Below, in pieces: positions 53,213 to 63,658 of a stretch of DNA of 64,000 bases. Each line of letters begins with the position of its first letter. Positions within the stretch are counted from its first letter, which is position 1. The DNA lies in NCBI GenBank assembly GCA_027315405.1, contig DAHUYB010000068.1:13391-77390 (forward strand), read 5' to 3'. This stretch comes from Gammaproteobacteria bacterium. GTDB lineage: Bacteria > Pseudomonadota > Gammaproteobacteria > Natronospirales > REEB76. A model generated the notes under the pieces. That model did not search any database. It saw only the letters and a list, made by a program, of their open reading frames with translations, and was not told the origin of the DNA. The position numbers and the translations under genes are program-made.

Positions 53213-55105
53213 TCACCGGCCGGCGGCGCGTGGCTGGCGCTGCGGCGCATCCAGCCACTTTTCCAGCGCGCGGCGAATACCTGCCGCATCCAGGCCCACT
53301 TCCTTGAGACATTCTTCCCGCGAGCCGTGTTCCACGATTACATCCGGGATACCGAGATTAAGCACGGGCGTGCGCAGGCCGTGGGACATCAGCAGTTCAT
53401 TGACGGCACTGCCAGCGCCGCCGGCAATGGCATTGTCTTCGATGGTGACCAGGGTGTTATGTGAGGCCGCCAGCTCCAGGATCAGGGTTGCATCCAGCGG
53501 TTTGACAAAGCGCATGTTGACCAGCGTCAGGTTCAAGGTTTCGGCGCTGGCGTGGGCTGCCTCCACCATGGCACCGAACGCCAGCAGCGCGGTGCCGTTG
53601 CCGCGACGCTGGATCTCTGCCTTGCCGATGGGCAGTGTATGCATCTGCTTTACGATCCGCACACCCGGTCCGCGGCCGCGCGGGTAGCGCACCGCCGCCG
53701 GCTGGTTGAGCAGCATGCCCGTATATAGCATCTGCCGGCATTCGTTCTCGTCCGCCGGAGCCATGAGCACCAGATTCGGCAGACAGCGCATGTAGGTGAA
53801 ATCATAACTACCCGCGTGCGTGGGACCATCGGGTCCCACCAGGCCGGCGCGGTCAATGGCGAACAATACCGGCAGATTCTGCAGCGCCACGTCATGCACC
53901 AACTGATCGTAAGCACGCTGCAGGAAGGTGGAATAGATGGCCACCACGGGTTTCAGACCGTCGCAGGCGAGGCCCGCTGCCAGAGTAACCGCATGCTGCT
54001 CGGCGATACCCACATCGAAATAGCGATCCGGAAAGCGTTGCGCAAATTCAACGAGACCGGAGCCTTCCCGCATGGCGGGAGTGACGGCCACCAGCCGTGG
54101 TTCCTGTTCCGCCATGTCGCACAGCCAGTGACCGAAGACTTCCGAGTAATTGGGGCTGACGGCGGCTTTCTGAGGAATTTCGCCGGTGGCCACATTGAAT
54201 GCCGACGGGCCATGCCATTTGATGGGATCCTGTTCCGCCGGTTCGTAACCCTTGCCCTTGCGCGTGACCACGTGCAGAAACTGCGGCCCTTTGAGGGCGC
54301 GCATGTTGCGCAGGGTTTTCACCAGTGTCGCCAGGTCATGACCGTCCACCGGGCCGATGTAATTGAATCCCAGTTCCTCGAACAGCGTGCCGGGGGCCAC
54401 CATGCCCTTCATGAATTCCTCGGAACGCCGCGCCAGCTCGCGTACCGGCGGCATGATGGACAGGGCTTTTTTGCCGCCCTCGCGGATGTGCGAATACACG
54501 CGGCCGGAAAGCACTTTCGCGAAATAATTCGAGAGTGCGCCCACGTTGCCGGAGATGGACATGTCATTGTCGTTGAGCACCACCAGCAGATTGGCATCCA
54601 GGCTGCCGGCATGATTGAGCGCCTCGAAGGCCATGCCCGCAGTCATGGCGCCGTCACCCACGAGCGCCACCACGTGACGATCTTCACCTTTGTGTTTGGC
54701 TGCCAGCGCCATACCGAGAGCCGCGCTGATGCTGGTGCTGGAATGGCCCACGCCGAAGGTGTCGTATTCGCTTTCCGCGCGTTTTGGAAACGGCGCTAGA
54801 CCTTTCCATTTGCGGATTGTATCGAGGCGATCGCGGCGTCCGGTGAGCACCTTGTGCGGGTAGGCCTGATGACCCACATCCCATACCAGCCGGTCATAGG
54901 GTGTGTTGAACACATAGTGCAGCGCCAGCGTGAGTTCCACCACACCGAGACCGGCGGCGAAATGCCCACCCACGTTGCTGACGGTCTCAATCAAAAACGC
55001 GCGCAACTCATCCGCCACCTTTTTCAGGTCGGCTTCCGGAAGCGCGCGCAGATCCTCAGGCGAATTGATGCGCGCCAACAGGGGAAAAGCGGAAAGATCA
55101 GTCAT
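53213..55105 (-). CDS. dxs: 1-deoxy-D-xylulose-5-phosphate synthase
   Basis: 630 aa. [36 protein letters not shown] and the ThDP motif [15 protein letters not shown]. Confidence 0.95.
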   Translation of the reverse strand: MTDLSAFPLLARINSPEDLRALPEADLKKVADELRAFLIETVSNVGGHFAAGLGVVELTLALHYVFNTPYDRLVWDVGHQAYPHKVLTGRRDRLDTIRKWKGLAPFPKRAESEYDTFGVGHSSTSISAALGMALAAKHKGEDRHVVALVGDGAMTAGMAFEALNHAGSLDANLLVVLNDNDMSISGNVGALSNYFAKVLSGRVYSHIREGGKKALSIMPPVRELARRSEEFMKGMVAPGTLFEELGFNYIGPVDGHDLATLVKTLRNMRALKGPQFLHVVTRKGKGYEPAEQDPIKWHGPSAFNVATGEIPQKAAVSPNYSEVFGHWLCDMAEQEPRLVAVTPAMREGSGLVEFAQRFPDRYFDVGIAEQHAVTLAAGLACDGLKPVVAIYSTFLQRAYDQLVHDVALQNLPVLFAIDRAGLVGPDGPTHAGSYDFTYMRCLPNLVLMAPADENECRQMLYTGMLLNQPAAVRYPRGRGPGVRIVKQMHTLPIGKAEIQRRGNGTALLAFGAMVEAAHASAETLNLTLVNMRFVKPLDATLILELAASHNTLVTIEDNAIAGGAGSAVNELLMSHGLRTPVLNLGIPDVIVEHGSREECLKEVGLDAAGIRRALEKWLDAPQRQPRAAGR

Positions 55106-55160
55106 GGCGGCCCATTGCGTGGTAGCCCCATTATCCGAGCTTTATGCCCAGGCCTTCAAC

Positions 55161-56051
55161 TCAATTGCTGCGCGTGACAATATATTCCGAGAGCCAGGCC
55201 AGTGGTTCGGCCGCCTCGCCGAAAGGCGCGAGTGCGGTGACCGCAGCGTGATGGAGATCGCGTGCGCGCCGGCGGGATTCTTCCAGACCCAGTACGCTCG
55301 GATAGGTCGGTTTGTTAAGCGCGGCGTCAGCGCCGCTGTGCTTCCCCAGAGCCGTGGTTTCGCCCTCCACGTCCAGGATGTCATCGCGGATCTGGAAGGC
55401 GAGTCCGGCGCATTTTGCGTAACGGTCCAGGGCGGTGCGCTTCTCAACCGCCAGTCCGGGCAGGCTCTGGGCCGCCAGCAACACGCTGGCGCGGATAAGG
55501 GCGCCGGTCTTGTGGATATGCATAAGTTCCAGCTCTGCGAGACCCAAGTTCTTGCCGGCGGCCGCCAGATCCATGGCCTGGCCGCCGGCCATGCCGGTGG
55601 AGCCACTGGCCACCGCCACGCTGCGGATCATCTCAACGCGCGCCGCCGGCAATACCCTCATGCTCGGGTCCTCGGCCAGAATCAGGAACGCCAGCACCTG
55701 CAGGGCATCGCCGGCCAGAATAGCGGTGGCTACGTCGAAGGCCTTGTGGCAGGTAGGCCGGCCGCGTCGCAGGTCGTCGTTGTCCATGGCCGGCAGGTCG
55801 TCGTGAATCAGGGAATAGGTATGGATCATTTCCACCGCCGCTGCCGGGCCGTCCAGCTGTTCGGCGGGCACGCCCAGGGTCTCGCCGGCGGCGTAAATCA
55901 GCAGCGGCCGCAGGCGTTTGCCGCCGCCCAGCACCGCGTAGCGCATGGCCGCATGCAGCCGCAGCGGTGGCTTGTGCGCGGCTGGCAGCCAACGGTCCAG
56001 AACTTTTTCAATGCGCCTTGAATACTCCGGCACCCGTTCCCGGAAGGGCAT
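55161..56051 (-). CDS. ispA: (2E,6E)-farnesyl diphosphate synthase
   Basis: First DDxxD motif LIHDDLPAMDNDDLRRG and second motif FQIRDDILD. Confidence 0.92.
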   Translation of the reverse strand: MPFRERVPEYSRRIEKVLDRWLPAAHKPPLRLHAAMRYAVLGGGKRLRPLLIYAAGETLGVPAEQLDGPAAAVEMIHTYSLIHDDLPAMDNDDLRRGRPTCHKAFDVATAILAGDALQVLAFLILAEDPSMRVLPAARVEMIRSVAVASGSTGMAGGQAMDLAAAGKNLGLAELELMHIHKTGALIRASVLLAAQSLPGLAVEKRTALDRYAKCAGLAFQIRDDILDVEGETTALGKHSGADAALNKPTYPSVLGLEESRRRARDLHHAAVTALAPFGEAAEPLAWLSEYIVTRSN

Positions 56052-56054
56052 GAA

Positions 56055-56300
56055 TTATTCGTCCTCGGTATCCAGGGCGGTCAGTTTCTGTTGGCCATCC
56101 TTCTCAATCAGCATTTCCACCTTGAGTTCCGCCTGTTTCAGCGCGCTTTGGCACAAACGCGTGAGCGTGATGCCGCGTTCGAAATGTTTCAGGGCGGTAT
56201 CTAGGCTGAGGTCGCCCTTTTCCAGAGTGGCGACGATTTTCTCCAGTTCTTTGAGGGCGGCTTCAAAGTCCGGGGTAGCTGATTTGGCAGGTTTGACCAC
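56055..56300 (-). CDS. xseB: Exodeoxyribonuclease VII small subunit
   Basis: FEAALKELEKIVATLEKGDLSLDTALKHFERGITLTRLCQ. The GTG at 56300 sits 6 nt after AGGAA and gives 81 aa. Conserved xseB-ispA-dxs order. Confidence 0.85.
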   Translation of the reverse strand: MVKPAKSATPDFEAALKELEKIVATLEKGDLSLDTALKHFERGITLTRLCQSALKQAELKVEMLIEKDGQQKLTALDTEDE

Positions 56301-56369
56301 GGCGTATTCCTGAGTGAGGCCGGGCAAGTTACACGTCACAACTGACAGGGTCAAACATGATTTGGCTTG

Positions 56370-56398
56370 TTGACATCTCCCGGCAGCGGGGCTAAATT
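56370..56398 (+). promoter_or_regulatory. Sigma70-like promoter upstream of the rubrerythrin cassette
   Basis: A perfect TTGACA (56370-56375), a 17-nt spacer, then TAAATT (56393-56398). Confidence 0.45.
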
Positions 56399-56408
56399 GG
56401 AGTTATTT

Positions 56409-56423
56409 TTAGACTTAGTCTAA
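56409..56423. promoter_or_regulatory. Perfect 7-1-7 palindrome TTAGACT-T-AGTCTAA (candidate Fur-family-type operator)
   Basis: It begins 11 nt downstream of the -10 hexamer, overlapping the expected transcription start, and lies about 60 nt upstream of the rubrerythrin ATG. Confidence 0.4.
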
Positions 56424-56482
56424 GCCTGTTGGGTTGAACCCGGCAGGACCGGTCTTCCCTCAGTAATTATCCGGAGGAAATC

Positions 56483-56908
56483 ATGAGCAAGCAATTGAAA
56501 GGCAGCAAAACCGAGGAAAACCTCAAATACGCGTTTGCGGGTGAGTCTCAGGCCAACCGCCGTTACCTGTATTTCGCCGCCAAGGCGGATGTAGAAGGCT
56601 TTAACGACGTGTCCGCCGTGTTCCGCTCCACCGCGGAAGGCGAGACCGGCCATGCCCACGGCCACCTGGAATATCTCGAAGCGGTCGGCGACCCGGCCAC
56701 CGGCCTGCCCATCGGCAGCACCGACAAGAACCTCAAGGCCGCCATTGCCGGCGAGACCCATGAGTACACTGACATGTACCCGGGTATGGCCAAGGCCGCC
56801 CGCGAGGAAGGCTTCAACGAAATCGCCGATTGGTTCGAAACCCTGGCCAAAGCAGAGCGTTCCCACGCTAACCGTTTCACCAAGGCCCTCGATACCCTCG
56901 GTAAATAA
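56483..56908 (+). CDS. Rubrerythrin-family diiron protein (no rubredoxin domain)
   Basis: 141 aa. [54 protein letters not shown] and [11 protein letters not shown] form the two ExxH diiron half-sites. Confidence 0.88.
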   Translation: MSKQLKGSKTEENLKYAFAGESQANRRYLYFAAKADVEGFNDVSAVFRSTAEGETGHAHGHLEYLEAVGDPATGLPIGSTDKNLKAAIAGETHEYTDMYPGMAKAAREEGFNEIADWFETLAKAERSHANRFTKALDTLGK

Positions 56909-56922
56909 TGTGTTGTCTTTGA

Positions 56923-56954
56923 GCGGGGCACGCGTCAGGCGTCCCCGCGCTTTT
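56923..56954 (+). terminator. Weak GC hairpin plus TTTT after rubrerythrin (possible partial terminator)
   Basis: GCGGGG (56923-56928), a 14-nt loop, CCCCGC (56943-56948), gc, then TTTT (56951-56954). Confidence 0.3.
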
Positions 56955-56988
56955 ACTGATCCCGTTCCTCGGGAAAAGGGGGTTGCAC

Positions 56989-58323
56989 ATGCCCGCTGAA
57001 GGCGGCCTCAAAGCGCCCAACAGGCATCCGCTCGATTGGCAGAGCCCGGATTTCTGGAACCAGGAGTCGCTGCTTACGGAGATGGAGCGCGTCTTCGATA
57101 TCTGCCACGGCTGCCGGCGCTGCTTTAACCTGTGCAATTCATTTCCCACGCTCTTCGATGCCATTGATGGCACTGACAGCGGTGAGTTGGCCTCGGTGGA
57201 CAAGAAAGTCTATTGGGAGGTGACGGATCACTGCTACCTCTGCGATCTGTGCTTCATGACCAAGTGCCCCTATGTGCCGCCGCACCCCTGGAACGTGGAT
57301 TTCCCGCACTTGATGCTGCGCGCCAAGGCCCTCAAGTTCAAAAGCAAAGGCGCGGGCTTCCGCGACAAACTGCTTTCCTCACCGGAAAAACTTGGCAAGT
57401 TCGCCGGTATTCCCATCGTGGCGCAGAGCGTGAACGCCCTGAACCGCAACCGTAGCGTCCGCAAGCTGCTGGACAAGACTTTCGGCATCGATGCGGATGC
57501 CGTGGTGCCGGAATTCCACAGTGATACGGCGCGCAAACAACTCAAGCGTCACACACCGCTGGCGAGCGTGGCGGAACCGGCGGAGGGCACCCATGGCAAG
57601 GTCGTTGTATTCCTGACCTGCTACGGCAACCGTAACCAGCCGGAGTTGGTGACAGATTTGGTGGCGGTGCTGGAACATAACGGCATTCCCACGCGCCTAA
57701 CCACCCAGGAGCGTTGCTGCGGTATGCCCAAATTGGAGCTGGGGGATTTGGATGCCATCCGGGAAAATAAGCAGGAAAACATCCCAATGCTGGCGCAGCT
57801 GGTGGACGAAGGCTGGGACATCGTGGCGCCGATTCCGTCCTGTGTGCTCATGTTCAAACAGGAACTGCCGCTGATGTTTCCCGGAGATGCGCAGGTGAGC
57901 AAGGTCAGAGACAATATCTACGATCCGTTCGAGTACCTGATGCTGCGTCACCGGGCCGGCAAGCTGAAAACCGATTTCAAGAAATCGCTCGGCAAGGTTT
58001 CTTATCACGTGCCCTGCCACCAGCGCGTGCAGAACATCGGCTTGAAGACCAAGCAATTGCTGGAACTGGTGCCGGGTACGCGGGTGGAAGCCATCGAACG
58101 CTGCTCCGGACACAACGGCACGTATGCGGTGAAAAGAGAGTTTCACAAAGTCTCCATGAAAATCGGCCGGCCGGTCATGGAGCGGGTGGCGGCTTCCGGC
58201 TGCGATCATTATTTCAGTGATTGTCCGATGGCGGCGGAACAGATCCAGAACGGCCTGCCGGACCGGCGTGAACCGGAATCACCTCTGCAACTGTTGTGCA
58301 TGGCCTACGGATTATCGGACTGA
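56989..58323 (+). CDS. Iron-sulfur oxidoreductase with two 4Fe-4S ferredoxin motifs and two CCG domains (HdrD/GlpC/LutA-like)
   Basis: CHGCRRCFNLCNSFP and CYLCDLCFMTKCPYVP. Cys-rich CCG-type regions are LTCYGN...CCGMP and VPCH...CSGHNG. The ATG at 56989 follows GGGGG. Confidence 0.85.
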   Translation: MPAEGGLKAPNRHPLDWQSPDFWNQESLLTEMERVFDICHGCRRCFNLCNSFPTLFDAIDGTDSGELASVDKKVYWEVTDHCYLCDLCFMTKCPYVPPHPWNVDFPHLMLRAKALKFKSKGAGFRDKLLSSPEKLGKFAGIPIVAQSVNALNRNRSVRKLLDKTFGIDADAVVPEFHSDTARKQLKRHTPLASVAEPAEGTHGKVVVFLTCYGNRNQPELVTDLVAVLEHNGIPTRLTTQERCCGMPKLELGDLDAIRENKQENIPMLAQLVDEGWDIVAPIPSCVLMFKQELPLMFPGDAQVSKVRDNIYDPFEYLMLRHRAGKLKTDFKKSLGKVSYHVPCHQRVQNIGLKTKQLLELVPGTRVEAIERCSGHNGTYAVKREFHKVSMKIGRPVMERVAASGCDHYFSDCPMAAEQIQNGLPDRREPESPLQLLCMAYGLSD

Positions 58324-58412
58324 ACCATATGACGGTGCTTTCCCGCAGGACGGGCAAGAGTCACGACTTTAACCTCAATATTTGTATTTATTGTTTGTAT
58401 TAAGGAACAATC

Positions 58413-58703
58413 ATGGCAAGTGAAGGCTATCATGAACCGATCGAGGAGCTGTCCGACGAAATCCGCGACTTCCACCGGGCAGTAGTGTCGTTGATGGAAG
58501 AACTGGAAGCGGTTGACTGGTATCACCAGCGGGTGGCCGCCTGCAAGGACAAGGAATTGGCGGCCATTCTGGCGCATAACCGCGACGAGGAAATGGAGCA
58601 TGCCTCCATGGTGATCGAATGGATCCGCCGCCACAATTCGCGTTTTGACCACCAGCTGCGGGACTACCTGTTCAAGGACGGTCCCATCACCGATCGCAAA
58701 TAA
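58413..58703 (+). CDS. Encapsulated-ferritin-like (EncFtn-type) ferroxidase homolog lacking a cargo-loading C-terminal extension
   Basis: 96 aa. HEPIEELSDEIRDFHRAVVSLMEELEAVDWYHQRVAACKDKELAAILAHNRDEEMEHASMVIEWIRR closely parallels the Rhodospirillum rubrum EncFtn core as I remember it, with both metal-site motifs (EELEAVDWY and EEMEH). It ends ...GPITDRK. Confidence 0.78.
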   Translation: MASEGYHEPIEELSDEIRDFHRAVVSLMEELEAVDWYHQRVAACKDKELAAILAHNRDEEMEHASMVIEWIRRHNSRFDHQLRDYLFKDGPITDRK

Positions 58704-58717
58704 GGCCCGCCGGCAGC

Positions 58718-59302
58718 ATGCACAAGCTTGAACGCAAGGATCTCTGGAGTCTTGAAGACTACGCGCAGAAGCGCGCGGTTTTTCGCGAGCAGGTGATGGC
58801 GCATAAGAAAAACCGCGATTTGCAGATCGGCCCGCACGTGCATTTGCTGTTCGAGGATCGCCTGAGCATGCAATACCAGGTGCAGGAGATGCTGCGGGCC
58901 GAGCGCATCTTCGAGGCGGAAAGCATCCAGGACGAACTTAATACCTACAACGCACTCATTCCGGATGGTAGGAATTGGAAAGCCACCATGCTTATCGGAT
59001 TCGAGGACATCGCGGAGCGCCAGCAGGCATTGATGAAGCTCATCGGCATCGAGGACAAAACCTGGGTACAGGTGGCAGGCCACGATCCGGTGTACGCCAT
59101 CGCCGACGAGGATATGGCACGCGAGAATGCCGACAAGACCTCAGCCGTGCATTTCCTGCGATTCGAGCTGACGCTCGTCATGATCAGAGCCCTGCAGGCG
59201 GGCGCTGACCTGAATGCCGGTGTGCGTCACGCCAATTACAATCACAGTGTTACGCCGGTGGCGGATGCCTTACGCGCGGCGCTGCTCGTCGACCTGGACT
59301 GA
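58718..59302 (+). CDS. DUF3501-family protein
   Basis: 194 aa. DLWSLEDYAQKRAVFREQVMAHKKNR..HLLFEDRLSMQYQVQEMLRAERIFE..YNALIPDGRNWKATMLI matches the DUF3501 pattern as recalled. Confidence 0.78.
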   Translation: MHKLERKDLWSLEDYAQKRAVFREQVMAHKKNRDLQIGPHVHLLFEDRLSMQYQVQEMLRAERIFEAESIQDELNTYNALIPDGRNWKATMLIGFEDIAERQQALMKLIGIEDKTWVQVAGHDPVYAIADEDMARENADKTSAVHFLRFELTLVMIRALQAGADLNAGVRHANYNHSVTPVADALRAALLVDLD

Positions 59303-59371
59303 GGAATTTGCTGTAAGCGCACGGCGGAATCGGGTTAGAATTCACGGCGCGCGAACCGCAGGCTTTGCTAA

Positions 59372-61282
<1,911 letters not shown>

Positions 61283-61583
61283 GCAGCCAGATGGGCATTA
61301 CTAACGATGCCGGTTACCCTTCCAGCCCCACGGGACTCCCCGACATCTTGAAATATAGGCGGATTTATCAAAAATCGCGGTATCCGGCTGTGGTTAGGCA
61401 GCGGGCGTCATAAATAGTTCCGCGGTACCCGCAATCGTGGTACCAATCATGATTACACTGAGCGCCTGGCTTGCAAGCATTCGGGGCAATGGCCTATATT
61501 TCCCCACCTGGGATTCATCAGGCATGCATCGAAACGACTCTCGCATTGACGTTTCGGCCCAAAATTTTACCGCTTAGGATGAA

Positions 61584-62126
61584 ATGAACACCTTTGTGCG
61601 ATTAACTAAGGCCGGTTACTACGCCGACTTCGTTTTCTACCCAATATTTTTGCTGACGCTGGCAGGCGTGGCGATAGCCCGCGATACGCCGGCGGCCTGG
61701 CTGCTCTGGGTTGTGCTGTGCCTGACCGGGGTTGCGATCTGGACCTTGCTTGAATACGGCCTGCATCGTGTCGCATTCCATCACATTGTATTGATTCGCA
61801 AGTTGCATGATCTGCACCACGCCATGCCGACCGCCAAAATCGGCACCCCCACCTGGGTGACCGGGGCCCTGATCTGCGGGTTTTTGCTGTTACCGCTGTG
61901 GCGGGAGGCAGGTTTTAATCTGGCGAGTGGTCTTACTTGCGGATTGGCGGCAGGGTATCTCTGGTATGTCACGGTGCATCACGCCACCCATAACTGGCGC
62001 ACGCATCCGAATTCTTACCTGCATCGGGCAAAACGCCGCCATGCAACGCATCATCACTCCCAACAGCCCTGTAATTTCGGCGTCACTACGGTGTTTTGGG
62101 ACCGCATCTTCCATACCGTGCGCTAG
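61584..62126 (+). CDS. Fatty-acid hydroxylase / sterol desaturase-superfamily membrane protein
   Basis: 180 aa with about 4 TM segments and histidine boxes HRVAFHH, HDLHH, HHATHNW and HATHHH. Confidence 0.7.
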   Translation: MNTFVRLTKAGYYADFVFYPIFLLTLAGVAIARDTPAAWLLWVVLCLTGVAIWTLLEYGLHRVAFHHIVLIRKLHDLHHAMPTAKIGTPTWVTGALICGFLLLPLWREAGFNLASGLTCGLAAGYLWYVTVHHATHNWRTHPNSYLHRAKRRHATHHHSQQPCNFGVTTVFWDRIFHTVR

Positions 62127-62314
62127 CGATAGAGATACACGGCATGATTTCTCCTAGAATCTCGTGCTGGTCAGATCCGAATCTTTAGTCTGATACGACC
62201 GGCGGATTCGTCCACAAGAAATGGTGACTGATTCTGTTTGCTCCCCTAGTAAGCGAATGTGCCAGAGGCACAAGTGTCTGAAAATATGGCGTACTTTTAG
62301 AAAGCAGACTCGAT

Positions 62315-62554
62315 TCAGGATTCTTTAATCTGAATCCGCTTCATACGGCTGGTGACGCCGCTTTTGATGGAAACCGCGGATTTGGGGCACGCGAAGCGCT
62401 GTGCAACCAGCGCGATCAGTTCTTCATTGGCTTTGCCGTCTATCGGCGGTGATTTCAGCTGTGCCAGCCACACGCCGTCAGCGTCCGGTTCATCCAGAAC
62501 GCTGACGCGCGTCTTGGGTTTGATCCTGACCCGGATGGTTTTCATAGTGCTCAT
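62315..62554 (-). CDS. DUF167 (YggU/UPF0235) family protein
   Basis: 79 aa containing LKSPPIDGKANEELIALVAQRF..KSAVSIKSGVTSRMKRIQI. Confidence 0.8.
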   Translation of the reverse strand: MSTMKTIRVRIKPKTRVSVLDEPDADGVWLAQLKSPPIDGKANEELIALVAQRFACPKSAVSIKSGVTSRMKRIQIKES

Positions 62555-62746
62555 GCTGCGCTCAAATTAACCTGCGATCGCGGCTAGCGCTTTAAAAAGG
62601 CAGAACTTTTGAAACATGGCTGACGATGATGGCAACCTGGCCTATTCCCATGATTTTGTTCTTCTCAATCTGATGAAATGGGTACTGCGCGCTTATCCCT
62701 TGTGCGATATAACGGACTTTGAGATCGGCGGTACACGGCGACCGGC

Positions 62747-62785
62747 GGCGCTTTGCGGGCAGTAGAAGCCTGCCCGCAAAGCGCC
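62747..62785. other. Perfect 16-bp stem hairpin
   Basis: GGCGCTTTGCGGGCAG (62747-62762), loop tagaagc, CTGCCCGCAAAGCGCC (62770-62785). It lies just downstream of the minus-strand membrane-protein gene, with no flanking T tract on either strand. Confidence 0.4.
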
Positions 62786-62801
62786 TGTGGCTGACGAAGT
62801 C

Positions 62802-63203
62802 TCAGACCGCGCGTGGCCGAGAGCTGGCATTCCCGCCCCGGGGAGTCAGCAGGGCCAGTACGATGGCGACCACGAACAGTGCCGGTACGTCTCCCAGCAG
62901 ATGACCATGATGCTCGGGATACATGAAGGCCTGAACGGTCATGATTCCGCCGTGTACTACGCTCGACCAGACCGTGAACCAGATCAGGCTGAGGTGATCA
63001 AGCGGATTCCGGGCGGCGATGATCAGGAACACGCCGAGTGTCGCGTAAATTCCGACGATCATCAGCGGGTAGTCCGAATGGCCCGTGTGCCACGACCAGC
63101 CGGATGGCCAGATCATCATGAGCGGATAAATGCCGGCGATGAATATTATTCCCACCAGTACCAGTGCGATTTTTAGATACTTGAGGTGGTGAGCTTCGTT
63201 CAT
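62802..63203 (-). CDS. Hypothetical integral membrane protein (about 4 TM, His-rich loops)
   Basis: The ATG at 63203 is preceded by AGGAGAGAACC. MNEAHHLKYLKIALVLVGIIFIAGIYPLMMIWP..., with HTGHS and PEHHGH loops. Confidence 0.6.
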   Translation of the reverse strand: MNEAHHLKYLKIALVLVGIIFIAGIYPLMMIWPSGWSWHTGHSDYPLMIVGIYATLGVFLIIAARNPLDHLSLIWFTVWSSVVHGGIMTVQAFMYPEHHGHLLGDVPALFVVAIVLALLTPRGGNASSRPRAV

Positions 63204-63282
63204 GGTTCTCTCCTTTAAATTGTGATCTATCGTCTGTTGATTTAACTGTGGCACCAGATTTTAACCAGGTTCAATGAAAACG

Positions 63283-63555
63283 TTACTCAGCGGTGGTTGG
63301 GCCAATGACAGAGATTACCTGAGAGATGCGATTGGCTGGGAAGCCGCCTTGTTGGTCATTTTGACGAACCATTTGTTCATTGGGGGCGATGTATACGCAG
63401 TAGATATTGTCGCCGGTGACAAAACTCTCTAGCTACTGGATCTGTGGACCCATCTTGCTGAGGACGCCACAGGATTTCTGTGAGATGGCCTTGAGTTCGG
63501 GGGCCGAGAGTTTTCCGGCGCCTGGAAGCTCTCGTTCAATGACGTATTTTGGCAT
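63283..63555 (-). pseudogene. DUF4242-family gene interrupted by one in-frame TAG (absent from the ORF track)
   Basis: The minus-strand translation is MPKYVIERELPGAGKLSAPELKAISQKSCGVLSKMGPQIQ-TAG-LESFVTGDNIYCVYIAPNEQMVRQNDQQGGFPANRISQVISVIGPTTAE-TAA. The TAG (63433-63435) sits where the family normally has Trp (TGG). Confidence 0.75.
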
Positions 63556-63658
63556 GACGCTTCTCCTTCCATGGGTTAGGGAAACGCAAGTTTACGCCTC
63601 GGGCCAGGCAAGGGCGAGAGGGTCTCGCTCAGTTATGTGCTTGGGCAGCGGTTCGGGG

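Noticed and set aside
52204-53289. A 361-aa version of folE2 that overlaps the 3' end of dxs.
   Set aside because: The extra 75 N-terminal codons have no FolE2-like sequence. The internal ATG at 53064 has a GGGAGG RBS and gives the family-typical length of about 286 aa.
62616-62765. A 49-codon plus-strand ORF (MADDDGNLAYSHDFVLLNLMKWVLRAYPLCDITDFEIGG...).
   Set aside because: It has no convincing RBS and no recognisable family, and it ends inside the big hairpin loop. It may be a gene remnant, but the evidence is insufficient to call a CDS.
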